A stretch of DNA of 64,000 bases from the NCBI GenBank assembly GCA_038496445.1, contig JALMLS010000540.1, forward strand, positions 124,001 through 188,000, read 5' to 3'. This DNA comes from Trichosphaerium sp. ATCC 40318 (taxonomy: Eukaryota > Protista > Tubulinea). Below, in pieces: positions 14,194 through 27,092 of this stretch. The translations under genes were made by a program, and so were the position numbers. The notes beneath the pieces are model-generated. The model was not told where the DNA came from. It made no database searches and saw only the letters and a list, made by a program, of their open reading frames with translations. How positions within the stretch are numbered: the first letter of the stretch is position 1; each line of letters starts with the position of its first letter.

Positions 14194-16787
14194 ATGCAAC
14201 AACAGAATCAGTTCGACTTTCGCAACCAGTCACTAGAAGTTAATAAATGTCCCGAGGACGGGGAAGGTTTACTTGAGTTAGGCTTTCTAGATGATAAATT
14301 AACAGTACGTTTCTTATACTACAATTAGGGTTATTGGGTGTTAATACATACTTGTTGTTAACGACGAAATAGAAAATAGACGGCGTTAAACCACCAGCGC
14401 CTAAAACGTTCCAGGTACCGGGAACTCGCGGCAAGAAGCGAAAACAACACTCCAATGAAGAACAACCAAGCGCTTATTCCTTATTTGCAAAGGTACATAC
14501 GCGCCATAATACAACAATCTACGCGGCTATGATAACTACAGCAAAACATTTTTGTTTTTAGCAATTTTTTTTAACACTAATCTTAGGACCTTTTAAAAGC
14601 AGATTCTGTACTAGCAAATAACCCCCAAGCTTATCAGATCATTTCAGCGACATGGGCGAAATGTAGCCCTTCAGAACGCACTGTACAGTATTTTATTCGT
14701 ATTCAAGGTACTAACACGCTTCGTAAGGTGTGGATGAGACAAGCTTCAAAAGCCAAACAGCAGGGCACATTTGAACTGGTACAGGACAGCGACAATGATG
14801 ATACGGAATCAGAGGCTACCAAAAAGTACGCGTTTGTACACTTTTTACTCTTTATTCTTTCTCCGCTATTTTTACAATTAAGATTAAGAAATCCACCAAA
14901 CGGCACCACGAAATTTACTGTTTTAGAAAACCGAGAAAAAAGCGTAAAAAAAGGGATCCAGACGCGCCAAAAAATGCAAAAACTGCATACGCATGCTTCC
15001 AAGCACGTAATAGAGCATCAGTAGCATCTCAGGAGAGTCCAGATCGTAAGGGACCCTTAAAACCAAGAGAGGCAAGTTTTTGATTTGATTTTTTTCAATT
15101 TTTTTGAAATACGTTTTCCAGAGTAGCGCAAAAAAAATTATTGACCTCAATATTAGATTCTAAAGAAGCTAGCTACCATGTGGAAAGCACTACCAGACGC
15201 TGACAAGCAGGTAAACTGACTTTTTTTTTTCATGAAGTTTTTCATGCTTTGTAACTGTTGAGCTTATAAATGGATCCATTGTCCTAATACTAAGGTGATA
15301 GGAGTATATTGAGGAATCTAATAAAGATAAAGAGCGTTATAAACGAGAAATGGCAGTGTATGAGGAGAAAAAACGGAAAGAGGCAGAAGAAGCAGCTCAG
15401 CGAGGTTAGTCGCTTGGATCCCACTCGTTTACTTTTTTTTTTTAACCCGTCACGCTAGCTAAAGCAAAAGCTGCAGCACAACGTGCTCAAATACCACAGA
15501 AAGTATTGCCTGCACACCCGTCCGCTTATGTATATCAAAACCCAATGGCGGCTGGATTGGCTTTACCAGGACATCTAGGTGGTTATCCTGTTCCTAAACC
15601 AGAAGTTAAAGTTTTGAAAGTCAAAGAAAAGGTAAGAAAGAAAGGGAAGACAGGGAAGGATGAGGGTTTTGACGGTTTTTTTTTTGCCTAAGAGCGAGCG
15701 CAGATCACAAAAAAAAAAGAAGACAAAATTGTTTTTATTTTATTAATTATGTCACAATTGTAATTAATCGCGTTTGATGGCGTTAACAATTATATTCTCA
15801 TTAATGTATAATTATTAGGGTGGTAAACTCTTTGATCGGCTTGTTTTACATCCTCCTTTTACTTTTGATAGAATGGTAGAGAAGATACATGTACGATAGC
15901 CTTGATAACCCTCCTTGAGCTGTTTTTTGGTTTTTTTTTTGTTGACACGTGTATGTTTTTTAGGAAAAGTTACAAATTTCAAAGCCTGTTAAGACTGTAC
16001 TTCTTTTACCTGATATGCGAATACGAGATGATGAAGATGTAACGTATTTGGATAAACTTGGTGAATTAGAGATTGTATTTGGTACAACACGAGCCAAAAA
16101 AACAGAAAAAAGTACAACAACAAAGAGTACAAAAAAGAAGCCTATCACGTTTAAAATGGTTGACAAAGTGAAGAAAGAAGATAAGGGTAAAGCAGCGAGA
16201 GCAGTATATAAACAAGTAAGACCACCAAATAATACAAATATAATGGTCACGAGACCAAAGACTGTGCGTTTTAATCTTTGCAAAAAAAAAAAGAAAACCA
16301 AACAAATCAAAAACCATTTTTTTCATTTTTCGAACAAAACGCTTTTCTTATCTTTTCTATAAAGGATATGCCTACCAATTTTACTGAGTTAAAGAAGCGC
16401 AATTCTCCCCCTGGTAGCTACACAATGACACCCAATGGATTTTCAAAACACAGCCCACCACAAGTACCACCACCTCATTATGTACCAGCACAAGATCCAC
16501 AACATGCTATGGCGAAGCCTCATGCTGCTATGGTTATGTCACAACCAGATGATCGTAGTTATGGTCGAACAGACTTTCATCCAATGGCTGGCGGTAATGA
16601 CGGCGCATATAATAACTCAATGTATCCACAGACGTTTGCTAGTCATCCTGTAGAAGGATATGCTTCTAATCCTAATTTTTCAGCACTAGCAACCAATCAA
16701 CCTGTTGGTAGGCATCACAATGACCCTTTGGATTCTAATGCTACTTACCCTATGCAAAGGGAATATGACTTTAATTCATTGTTGTAA
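14194..16787 (+). CDS. HMG-box protein (one clear and one degenerate HMG box)
   Basis: KRDPDAPKNAKTAYACF...ILKKLATMWKALPDADKQ|EYIEESNKDKERYKREMAVY is a canonical HMG box. Upstream PSAYSLFAK...IISATWAKCSPSER is a second, degenerate box. Confidence 0.85.
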
Positions 16788-17138
16788 AAGAGATTGTAAG
16801 AATACTATGTTAAAAAAAAACACACCCAAGTTACATTAGATATCATGTACTAATTAAAAAGATATTTAAAAACGGAATTCCATGTCACGTTCTTCTTCTT
16901 CTTTTCTATTTTTATAACATCCTTGATACAGAACAGTATGTTGACGCCTGATAGTTGAAGGACATCGGTAGAAAAGTGTTGATTGGTGACAGTACGAACA
17001 AAGTTTGAAGAACTTTTTCGAAAAAGTGGTTGACTTTTTGAGGCTTGTTTTTTTTTTCAACGAGAAGTCTTTCTACGGTATGTCTCAAGTAATATTATTG
17101 CCTCATGGTGCTTTTGTACAATAATATGTGATAACATA

Positions 17139-19180
17139 ATGGCTATACGTCCTTTTACATGGCGTACGATTTCTGGTACTATTGCTCATGCGTTGGTAAG
17201 CTAATAAGGTTGAGGTGACGCTTTACCAAGTTGTTGGACTCGAAATGACAGTAAGAGGCAGTTTATTATTATGGTGAGCGTCGTGTAGCAGTGTAATCGT
17301 TTATTATCATAAAGGTGGAGCAAAAACTTAACATACGATCAATTGACGCGTGGTACGCCGTTAAACCGGAACAAGTACGTCATGTGATGTACTGTAACGA
17401 ACCTAACACATTATTATACAGCTGAACCAACTGGGTGGTAGAGGGCTTCTAGAGTACGCTTATTTAAGCTCTCCAGTACAATGTTAACCTCACAACGCTT
17501 TACAGGCGTTTTAATAGTTCTATACCAAAATTGGTGAGTGACGTCTATCCTACGTATGCCTGGCAACCGTTTCGCTTTAGTACGTTCACTTTACATCTTT
17601 GAATTCAACAAACGATTATTGTAGAACGTGTATCAAGGAATTTTTGGTCAAATGTCGCACACCACCAAGCAGCAATAATACAGGTAGGTGGGCAAGTAAC
17701 TCGAAATCTAAGTCTCCATAGATGGAGCGTAGTCTTAACATAACAAACATTGATGATTGGTATCGTGTCACACGCGAACAACTGACTTTTATACCGGAGT
17801 TTAGCACTGAAACCATGTTAAGGTGAGTAGAAATGTCACTTTTGAAGTTGATCATACTTGGGTTTTTTGTCGGTTCAGAGAGTTATGATGGCGCTTTTTA
17901 TGACTTCAGTTTATTCGTTAGTATTTAATTAACGTTTATAGGCATTATGGTACCTTGTATGATATGTTACAGACACATTATTCCGAGCGAAATTGGATTC
18001 CTTGGAAATTTGGTATGTTCTGGTAAAAAGTGACTGAAATACTGATCCACAATAAGCTAGTGGTAGTAAAGGTATTTGGAACAATTCAAAACACGCACAT
18101 CAGTTAGTAATGGCAATAGGTTTGTTATACCTTTAGCGTTAACCAGCTAAGATTAGTTTTTTAGAAGAAAAGTTTTCTATTTCATCAGTTAGCTCTTGGA
18201 ATACTATAGCTATGGTAGATATCAAACGTATGGGTGCATTTGGTGCTATAGAGTACGTTTCAAAACTTTGATGATATTTTCACGTGCATACCCAAGTTTT
18301 TCTTGCAGTAGCTTTCTCATTTTTTTCTTATTCAAACGTTGATTTTTTTTTTCAGTCACTATGGCTCTTTGAAAGGATTACTTCTTCAAGTTTATCCTGA
18401 ATATGATTGGGAATATATTCTTTCCGTATCTGAAGCATATGTGGAACCAGAAAGTCAATCAACAAAACCAAAAAAATTACCTAGTCGGTGGGAGCGTATT
18501 GAACATCAAAGGCATTTTTTGGAAAAGGTGAGACTTCTTTCATTTGACAGTTTTTTTAATTACTTGATTTAATACGTTTTAGGCGTATAAATACCTTGGC
18601 TTAAGCAATCTAGATGATTGGTATATCATCAAGGCAAAAGATATTGCACATATCGAAGGTGCTAAACCTTTGTTGAAGTAAGTCTTTTTTTGACCATATT
18701 GATGCCATAACATAGCTTGAGCTAACTTATTTTATCTCTGTCTAGATATTTTGGAGGTTCATTACGTGAACCATTAAAAAAAGTATATCCAGAACATAAC
18801 TGGAAGCCATGGAATTTCTGTACGTCACAAACAACTGAACAGCATTGTTAGTGACTTTTTTCTGGGTAGGCGAAAGAGTTTCAGTTGGGTTTTGGCGTCA
18901 GGCTGATAATGTCAAAGCGTACCTTAAAGATAAGAAAAAGGGCTTACATATTAATTTTGCTGAGGACCTGCTCCGTTTATCAGAACCTCAGATTGGTAAG
19001 TTGGGTAGTTCTTTATCAGCGGAAGAATACAAGAATATGGTTTTAGAAATCTACCCATCACTCGCTTCAAAAGCTCCTTCTATTGACTTGAATAAAAAAA
19101 GTGTGCAAAGGTGGTTATCTGGAACATGTAGAACTCTATTTCTTTGCCGTAAGCGGCATACTGTAACATTAATAAAGTAA
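17139..19180 (+). CDS. Uncharacterised Trp-rich repeat protein (DDWY / YPEH.W.PW.F repeats)
   Basis: Repeated exons such as LNITNIDDWYRVTREQL, YGSLKGLLLQVYPEYDW, WERIEHQRHFLEK, LGLSNLDDWY and YFGGSLREPLKKVYPEHNWKPWNF. Start codon is uncertain. Confidence 0.7.
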
Positions 19181-19555
19181 AAGTTAAATAGTACTGATCT
19201 AGAAACAAAGTAAGAGTCGACTTTCACTTTTCTATATTTACATCTAATTGTACAAACAAAAACAATAATAAGAAAAACTGAGTCCATTCTCATACCATCT
19301 TTAGCTTTCGCCATAATGTTTACCATCAACCCACTGACAGGCATTTTTGTTAAGCTCTGATTTGTTGGATTCTAATATCAAAGTATTGAAAATAAACTTC
19401 TGGAAGGAGAGACTGTTAGACGCTTCAACAAGTGAGACCAAAACTGTAAGTTACAAGATGATATTTACCTCAGTTAAAAATTCAGTTTTTTATTATCTTT
19501 AAGTCGCAATAACTCAAAGCAAAAGCAACGCTTTTTATTTCAACTTATTATCACA

Positions 19556-20710
19556 ATGCATCATTCGATTTCAAAGCGGTCTGAAGGTATTCTTGCATTG
19601 TTTTGAAAACACTTAATCAACGTAAGGTTTATTACGGATGATATGCAATAGTAGAGGTAGTACACAGATACGAGACCTTCCTCAGCAACTTCTAAAGGTT
19701 AGCATGAAACTAAATGTTCAAAACGCTCAAGACAATATCTAGGACTTGTTTGAGACTGTATTAAAGCGGAAAACCGCGTTAACAGGGTTTTTTAACGAAG
19801 AAGTTCATCAACGTCTCAGGTGCTTGCAGTTTCACCTTTTCCGTTATTTTATAGATGTGTAGGTGTCCTGTATGCCATGAAAGGATAAAGTACAGTCATC
19901 CAGGCAAGATAAAACTGGACGAATCAAAGAATAAGTTGTCAATGTTCAGTTACTACTGGGATTGCTGTATTGGACGTGTAAGTAATTTTGGAGAAGAAAA
20001 TTATTGTTCGAGCACATGTTCATGTGCTTTAAAAGCATCAGAGGAGAAACCACGTGCGTTAGTTTTACACAAGACCGAGAAACTTATGAGAAAAAAAAAG
20101 ATAATGAAAAGCGCTTGAAAACCTTACCAAGCCGTTGTACATCGTCAAATAGTCGTGTATATCAGCCTACATCTCTAGTGGATAATTGTATAGCATTGCT
20201 ACTCGAAAATATACGTTTTATAGCGTTTGATGAGGTACTTTGCTATGACCATAAAAAGAAACTGTTTGGGCATTTGTGCATCGCATGTAGTACTTACTGT
20301 TTCTTTATTCGAAGACACCAGACCTTATAATTATTCAGTTATTTAAATATATGAAAGATAAGTGCGAGTTCCTTGAAGGTATAGCAAAAGAGGAAGTAGA
20401 AAAGGGACAGCGATGTGATGTTTGCTACTGCACGTTTTTTTGGTTTTGTGAACTACTTGTTGTCTTATTACTTTCTCCCTAGGTTTGTTTACTGACTATC
20501 ATGCATCTCGAAAGTTATATCGTGCATATGGAAATCACACGTGTTGTGATCGTAGATTCACAGGCTGTACAACAGGATGTAAAAAGCAGTGTCGATGCTA
20601 AAACAAATATCAGATGGAATAGGTGTTTCCTCTACACTGGACCAGCCACTTGCGTCTTTATTAACTTTAGCCAAACAAACTATACTTTGGACCCGTGTGC
20701 ATGTACATAA
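19556..20710 (+). CDS. Hypothetical Cys-rich multi-exon protein
   Basis: Short exons flanked by GT/AG. Contains CRCPVCHER and a PTSLVDNCIALL segment reminiscent of a BC-box. Exon structure not fully resolved. Confidence 0.4.
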
Positions 20711-20822
20711 ATGATTTTTAAAGTGATTTAGCGTATTTCGAACACCAACAAAGCATATGGGTCAATGAACTGTAATTTATGTGTTGACTTTCATGTTTAT
20801 TGTTTGCTTGTTCCGTACACGG

Positions 20823-22089
20823 CTATAGCTCTTTTATAGTATCTTTCATAGCCTGCAACTCGTTTTCTACAACATGCATAAATATACAAGCAACTTGATC
20901 TCCACTGAACACTTTTTTCATTTTAGCGATTATAATGAACTTCAATTTGTGAAGTGACTCTATCTCTTTTTTGACTTTTCTCGTGTATGAAGATATACTC
21001 GACTCATCTTCATGAGACAAAAACCTTCTCAATTTCATCACTAAAGGTAATAATCTGCTATGAATATTATCTTCTTTTTTTTGGATATCCTAAAAATAAA
21101 TATCCAATAAATACAAAAAAAGAAAGATGATCAGAAATTATCACGTGGGATGTACATACACTATAAAAAGACATTTGTTTCCTATCTTGTCTCCATGTTA
21201 TTTTTATTTGTGTTCTAACGCCATTAACGATATCCAAGATTGGACCAACGACTCCTGTTTCTTCCTTTTCTTCTTGGATTTGTGTCGCCAAATAAACGAA
21301 CAACATACCCTTTGTGAAACAAAAGTTACATTTTATAGAGTACATCAAACGTACTCTTTGCTTGGTTGTCATCACCCCGAGTATGTGCGTAAATGCGTAA
21401 CTTCTTATACGATCAAGGTCCTAGAGAGTGTGTAACAGCCGCAAGTTTCGGCAATCATTCAACTTGTTACAAATAACTTTTACCTTTAACATTCGCTCTA
21501 GATGATCTTTCTTCTTTAGAACGCTCGTGCACCACATAACCTTGCTCATTGATGCTCTGCGCTTGCTGTCTGTACACGTGGTTAATCACAGAGAAAAGAA
21601 TTGTCGCAACTTCAAACCAAACATACCATTCAAATCCCTCAACATACTGGGAATATGTCTCTTTGCGTCCGCTAGTGCCACGCTTAGAATACGTCGTATT
21701 CGGTCTCCTTGCGCTGGCGATACCCCCACATACTCGGTACCGCGTAGTACTACAGGTAACAGGTCCATTAGTGGTTCGATACAGCTCAGTAAAAGAAAGT
21801 TAACTGAACACAATGTGCTCGCTAGTTTAGAAAAACAAAAGGGCAATAATGAAATTTCTAATGACGATAACAACTTGATAATACCATCAAGCAATGCTTC
21901 TAAATTATGTTTCCTAAATAGAAGTTTCCACGTGACGTAAAAGACCTCATCCCATACAGAACCAGTTTATTTTTGAGTCAAAAAAAAAGTACACAAATGC
22001 GCTAGTGCATTGGAAGCTTTTTTGGCTGTTTTTTCAGCTGATATAGCGTCATATTGATAGCATCGCAAGTACATATCATTGCTACGCAT
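20823..22089 (-). CDS. Hypothetical alpha-helical (HEAT/ARM-like) multi-exon protein
   Basis: Consecutive Leu-rich minus-strand ORFs (21586-21894, 21067-21375, 20823-21041) separated by intron-like gaps. The 5' end is uncertain. Confidence 0.45.
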
Positions 22090-22396
22090 TGTAATGTATG
22101 TGTGGAGTATTTCGGTTTGATTTAGTGAGTAAAACGTGGATTATTAAACCTTTTTGGTAGCTTCAACTTTCTTCAAGTATCTACACATTGCCGTTACTTA
22201 TATTTCGGAAAAGACGAAACAAAATATCAGCCAAACTTGTGACAAGTTATCATGTTTTGAAACATTTGTTCTTTTTAAAACACAGCCTTCTTTTTTATCT
22301 ACATCTTTTCATTTGTAGTGTTTCTTTTTTATTATTAATTTACAAAGCACGTTTTTTTTTGAACAACAAGGGGTCATCACAGTCTCTTTTCTCTCT

Positions 22397-25300
22397 TCAG
22401 TTCTCTTGTATGTAATTATAAGGAATAACACCTTGTTCTCCTCTATCATTCATTGTAACCCACCAACCATCATCTCCTTTAGAAATGACAGTCAAAACAT
22501 CACCAGCTTGTATAGAAAGTTCGTCAGTGTTCTGTGCAACATACTGATACAAAGCAACAGCAGTATTAGCTGAAACAGCAGGTTGTGGTGGAGGTTGGTG
22601 TGGTAACGGTTGTGATGATACTGAGGACGATACACTTACTTCCTCAACGTAGTTTGAAGGGAAAACGCCCATAGTACCATTGAGTTTACCTGTCCACCAT
22701 CCGTCAGCTCCCTTGCTTATCAACGTTATTGAATCTCCAGTGTAAAATGATAGTTCGTCTGTGTTTTGTGCAGCGTAATCAAATAATGCTACTACTGAGT
22801 TTTGTGCTGATGACTTAGGAGCAGCAGGTGGTGAAGGTGCTGGGTTGTGTTGTACGGGAGAACTGTACTGAGGTTTTGGCGCTGAGAATGCTTTCGGTGC
22901 CATTGGAGAAGCCATCCTCGGTGCTGAATACTTTGCTGTGGGCGCAGAGTACTTTGGTATTGCCTTAGGTGCCGAGTATTTAGGCGTCGATGGAGAGTAC
23001 TTAGGAGTTGAAGGAGAAAATGATGGGGTGGACATCTTTGGTGGTGTGTATTTTGGTGTTGATGGTGAAGAATACTTTGACGTTGCCATCTTAGGTGCGG
23101 AGTATTTAGGCGCCGGTGGAGAGTACTTAGGTGTTGATGGCTTCGAAGTAAAAGAAGGTATAGCCATCTTTGGACCACCACCATATTTTGGTTTCGCCGG
23201 TGACGAATACTTTGGTGTTGTTGGAGAGTAACTTGGTTTTGGAGAAAAAGCCATTTTTGGCATACCCATCGTAGGTCCACCAGAAGGCTTGGAGTAGCCT
23301 GATGATGGTTTTGATGTACCTATCGATGTTGGTATCTTTTTACCAGTACCACCCATTGGCGGGGGTGGAGGCGGAGGAGGAGCGCTTGAATCCATTTTAA
23401 GGTTTCCTTTTTTCACTTTCATCGCTGGTTCCTTCTTAGCCTTAGGCGCCTGGAATGGTGCTGCTGGTGCTTGTGGTGGAGGAGTGTACGCCGGTGCTTG
23501 TGGGGCGGCTGGGCTTGGTATAACCGAAGGCGCTCTACCAAATGCTCCAGGAGGCGGTGGAGGAGCTGGAACACCTGCAGGAGCAGCAGGAGCTACAGGA
23601 GCACCCATTGGAGGTGGTGGGGCTCCTCCAGGAGGCGGTGGAGGAGCTGGGACGCCTACAGGAGCAGCAGGAGCTACAGGAGCACCCATTGGAGGTGGTG
23701 GAGCTCCTCCAGGAGGCGGTGGTGCACCACCTTGAGGAGGTGGAGGTCCAGAAAATGTTGAACCAGTTGGAGATCCTGATATTTTCTTTTCCTTCTTGCT
23801 TGCTTTCCTTGATTTCCGCAAAGCTTTCTTATCTACTTTCTCTTCGTATGTTTTTATAATTTTGCAGTAACTCTGTTGAAATAATCCCACCTGGCTTCCT
23901 ATATGGCCTTCCCACCAATCATTGTCGTTACGCTTATCGTATACTTCAATGATGTCTCCTAAAAAAATGGTGTGAGTTTTCTTATTTTTTTCTTTCTTGT
24001 GTTACAAACTCCAAGCGTAGGCGCAAGTTTTTTCTTGGTAATTTTTTAGTTCCCAGACTGTAGTTAAAAGGAGCAATGTACGCCATTGAAGGGGAACAAA
24101 AAATAGGTATTCTGTACTAAGGTGAAAGACTCTTACCCATTTTGAAAGTTAGTTCGTTTGGATGCTTTGCAAGCCATCCAAGTTCTGCCTCAACTTGTAA
24201 TATAGGAAATCTCTTGACCTTCTTTTTTAAATTACGTTTGCTCTTCCTACAAAGAAAAATGAGCTTTTGTACATTATTGAGAAACGAAGGAAAGAAAAGA
24301 AGAAAAAGAAAAATAAGAAAAAAAAAACCCCCACTGTGGCACAGTGTGTTTACCAATTTTTGGCAATACACGTCAGTGATAATTACATAAATGCATGTAT
24401 ATATGCCCTGGACGTATGTGTGGTGATTGACATAAAAGGTAATACAAAAGAACCACAACTCTTTTCAGTACCGAATAAATGAATATAAATTTTAGAGTTG
24501 TACCTTTTTGCTATTTTATCTTTTGATCCATCAACAACCATATCGTATAGAATTTTAGCTGTTTCTTTGTTTTCAACATGATATTTCTCAATACCAGCCT
24601 GTTTAAACATTTCAAGCCATTCATCTGGTAGGTCTGATTTTACAAAACCTTGTCCTTTAAAAAAAATCAGTATTTCTTTTCGCTGTTTTTGTAATTTTTA
24701 GAATTAGTGCTTCTTGTAAAAATACAACGGTGTTGCAATGTTGTTGTATCATAAATGATTTATGAATGCGATTGAGGTATCATTCAAATCAATTTTTTTG
24801 AAACAGGTGCAGGAGAATTTCAACAAAAAACTTGAAAGTGAAAAAACAAGTACCTAGGCCTCCACCTGCTACATGTGTTACAGCAGTTGGACCGGCAATC
24901 TGTTGCCGAGAATCTGTAAACTGTAAAGCAACACGTATTTCAATATCTAATGGACCACCAACAGCCCAAAGCTGGTACCATCTATCCGTAGGTTCATTGA
25001 AAAATCGAAGACTTTCTTCAAGCGGGATTATTAAATCCCCAACATTCTTCTTTCCTTTAAACGCCTTGAAGACTAAATGTGTCAACTCTGCGTCATCAAC
25101 ACCACTTATCAATATTAGTTTACGAATAGTAGGAGTAAATTAATGGTGTACATAATAAAGGTGCTGTTCCAGTTTGGATTACTTGAGCCTTTGACGTTAT
25201 ATTTTTTTAAAGGCTTTCCAGTCTTTTTATGTGCCAAATAAATAACAATTGACACACTACCCTATTACAAGGACAAGGTTAGACAAGCGCTGGTACAACT

Positions 25301-26573
25301 TCAAAAATAATAAAAAGCCGAAGCAGGTAGTACCTTTGCTGCTGGCCAGTTACGTCCTTCAACAACTACAAAAAACATTAGTTTTTTTGTATGTGAGGTG
25401 GACATGATGTTGTGTTCGAGTCAACGTACCTCTAATATTTAATTTACATGGTCCTGCACGTTTATCAACCTTTTTAGAAGGTTTACGCAAGCTAAATCCC
25501 CTTGAACCCGCTTGGCTATCATCTGCAGGCTTACTTAACTTGTAAGCGTGACTTACTTCCTTTCTCACGCTGATAGGTACAAGATTATCTGTAATCGATC
25601 TAGCACTTGAAGGAGACATAGATACAGCTCTCTGTATTGTCCTTGGAGTTGAAGTGCTTCGTGCAGGCGCAGCGGATATTGTTCTTGGTGTCACATTGGG
25701 CAGTGACGGAGCAGATTTTGATCTTGTTGGTGCTGCCATAGGTGACATTGGTGGAGGCGACATTGGCGCAAGCGGCGATGCATCCGGTGGATTGACCATG
25801 GGTTGTATTGGTGGCACCATACCAACACCTGTAGGCGTTGCAGTTGGTGGCCTTGGACTAGGCGCTGCAATTGGAGGCGAAGAAGCCATTGGTGGACGAG
25901 AGGATAGAGCTCCCATTGGAGGTGCCATTGATGCTCTTGGTGGAACAGGGGACGCTAAACCTGGTCTTGGACTTGGTGCCGCTATAGGAGGTGGTCTTGC
26001 AACTGGTGGTGACGCGTTGCCGTATGGCCTTTGAGAAGGTGTAGGTGGGTATTTTGGTGTTCGTGGTGCAGGCCAAGAAGCTTTTTTCCTTCCAGGTGCT
26101 GCCATAGTAGCGAACTGATTAGGACGCTTCATAGCTGCTACAGGTCGCTTTTTTGGTGTTGAGAACTTGGGTCTACTCATAGTTGCGAAGTGTATAGGCC
26201 TTTTGGCGGGCGCCATACGCCCTGGAGAATGTCCAGGAGGTGAAATGCTGTGTTTAGGGGAAAAGCGGTTTTTGGCTGGTGCTGGAGGCGACTGGCTACG
26301 CCCGTACGCTGGAGCGTTGTTGAACGGTCTTTTTGCAGGAGCGAAAGGGCGTTTTTTTGGCGTTGCAAATTTTCGTGGACCGCCAGGCGGTGCGTGTCCT
26401 TTGAGCCATTAGCATACAACACTTTGATGACGCTTGGGTAACGAATAAAACAAATTGGGACTAGAAGCCAAATACGCTCGGTCTATACAGAAAATACGCG
26501 TACCGTAGGCTTTAGGGTGTGCATTAAAGCGTCCATTGTTTGGAGGTGGTGCCGGGAAAGCACTTCCGTACAT
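22397..26573 (-). CDS. Pro-rich + C2 + CRIB/WASP-GBD-like + three SH3 domain cytoskeletal adaptor
   Basis: C2: CKLNIR|VVEGRNW...SSNPNWNSTF...DRWYQL. CRIB/GBD-like: IAGPTAVTHVAG...LPDEWLEMFKQAGI. SH3-1: HPNELTFKMG|DII...DWWEG...GLF. SH3-2 and SH3-3: ALFDYAAQNTDELSF...WW...GVFPSNYV and ALYQY...GVIPYNYI. Confidence 0.85.
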
Positions 26574-27092
26574 AATTTAACGTTAATTCATCAACTAGCC
26601 TAGTTTGAAACCTATTCGAATGAGTATTGCTGGATTTTACGTAAAACTATATGTTTTTGTTACAAATACCACTGTTAGGTATGAGAAACACTACACCATT
26701 GGCACAGAGACAAATGGAATAGTTTTGTATGAACGGAAAATATACTGCGCATTTTACGTACTGTAAAAGATATATTTTACTCACGCTTGAGGTGCTTTGT
26801 GAATGCTGAACTCTTAATCTAGCTCAGTCGAATTGATTAAAGTCAAGGAGAGCAAATTAAGCAATCAACGAAGTAAAAGGCAATACGCAGCCAAGGTGGT
26901 AAAAAGGTGATATTGACACCACCAAACTGCACAAAGCACTATGCTATTTTAGTTATACCGCCAATTATACGCTTATTAGACGTGGCGCACTCACAACACC
27001 TTCAAAATTGCATGTGGGCAGCCTATTATGGAACTCGTCCAATCTAGACATTTTTTAAGCCATTAAAATTATTTAAACTTTATTATCACCTC

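Noticed and set aside
22792-26441. Gly-, Trp- or His-rich overlapping ORFs on the opposite strand or in other frames
   Set aside because: Shadows of the Pro-rich coding sequence of the SH3 gene.
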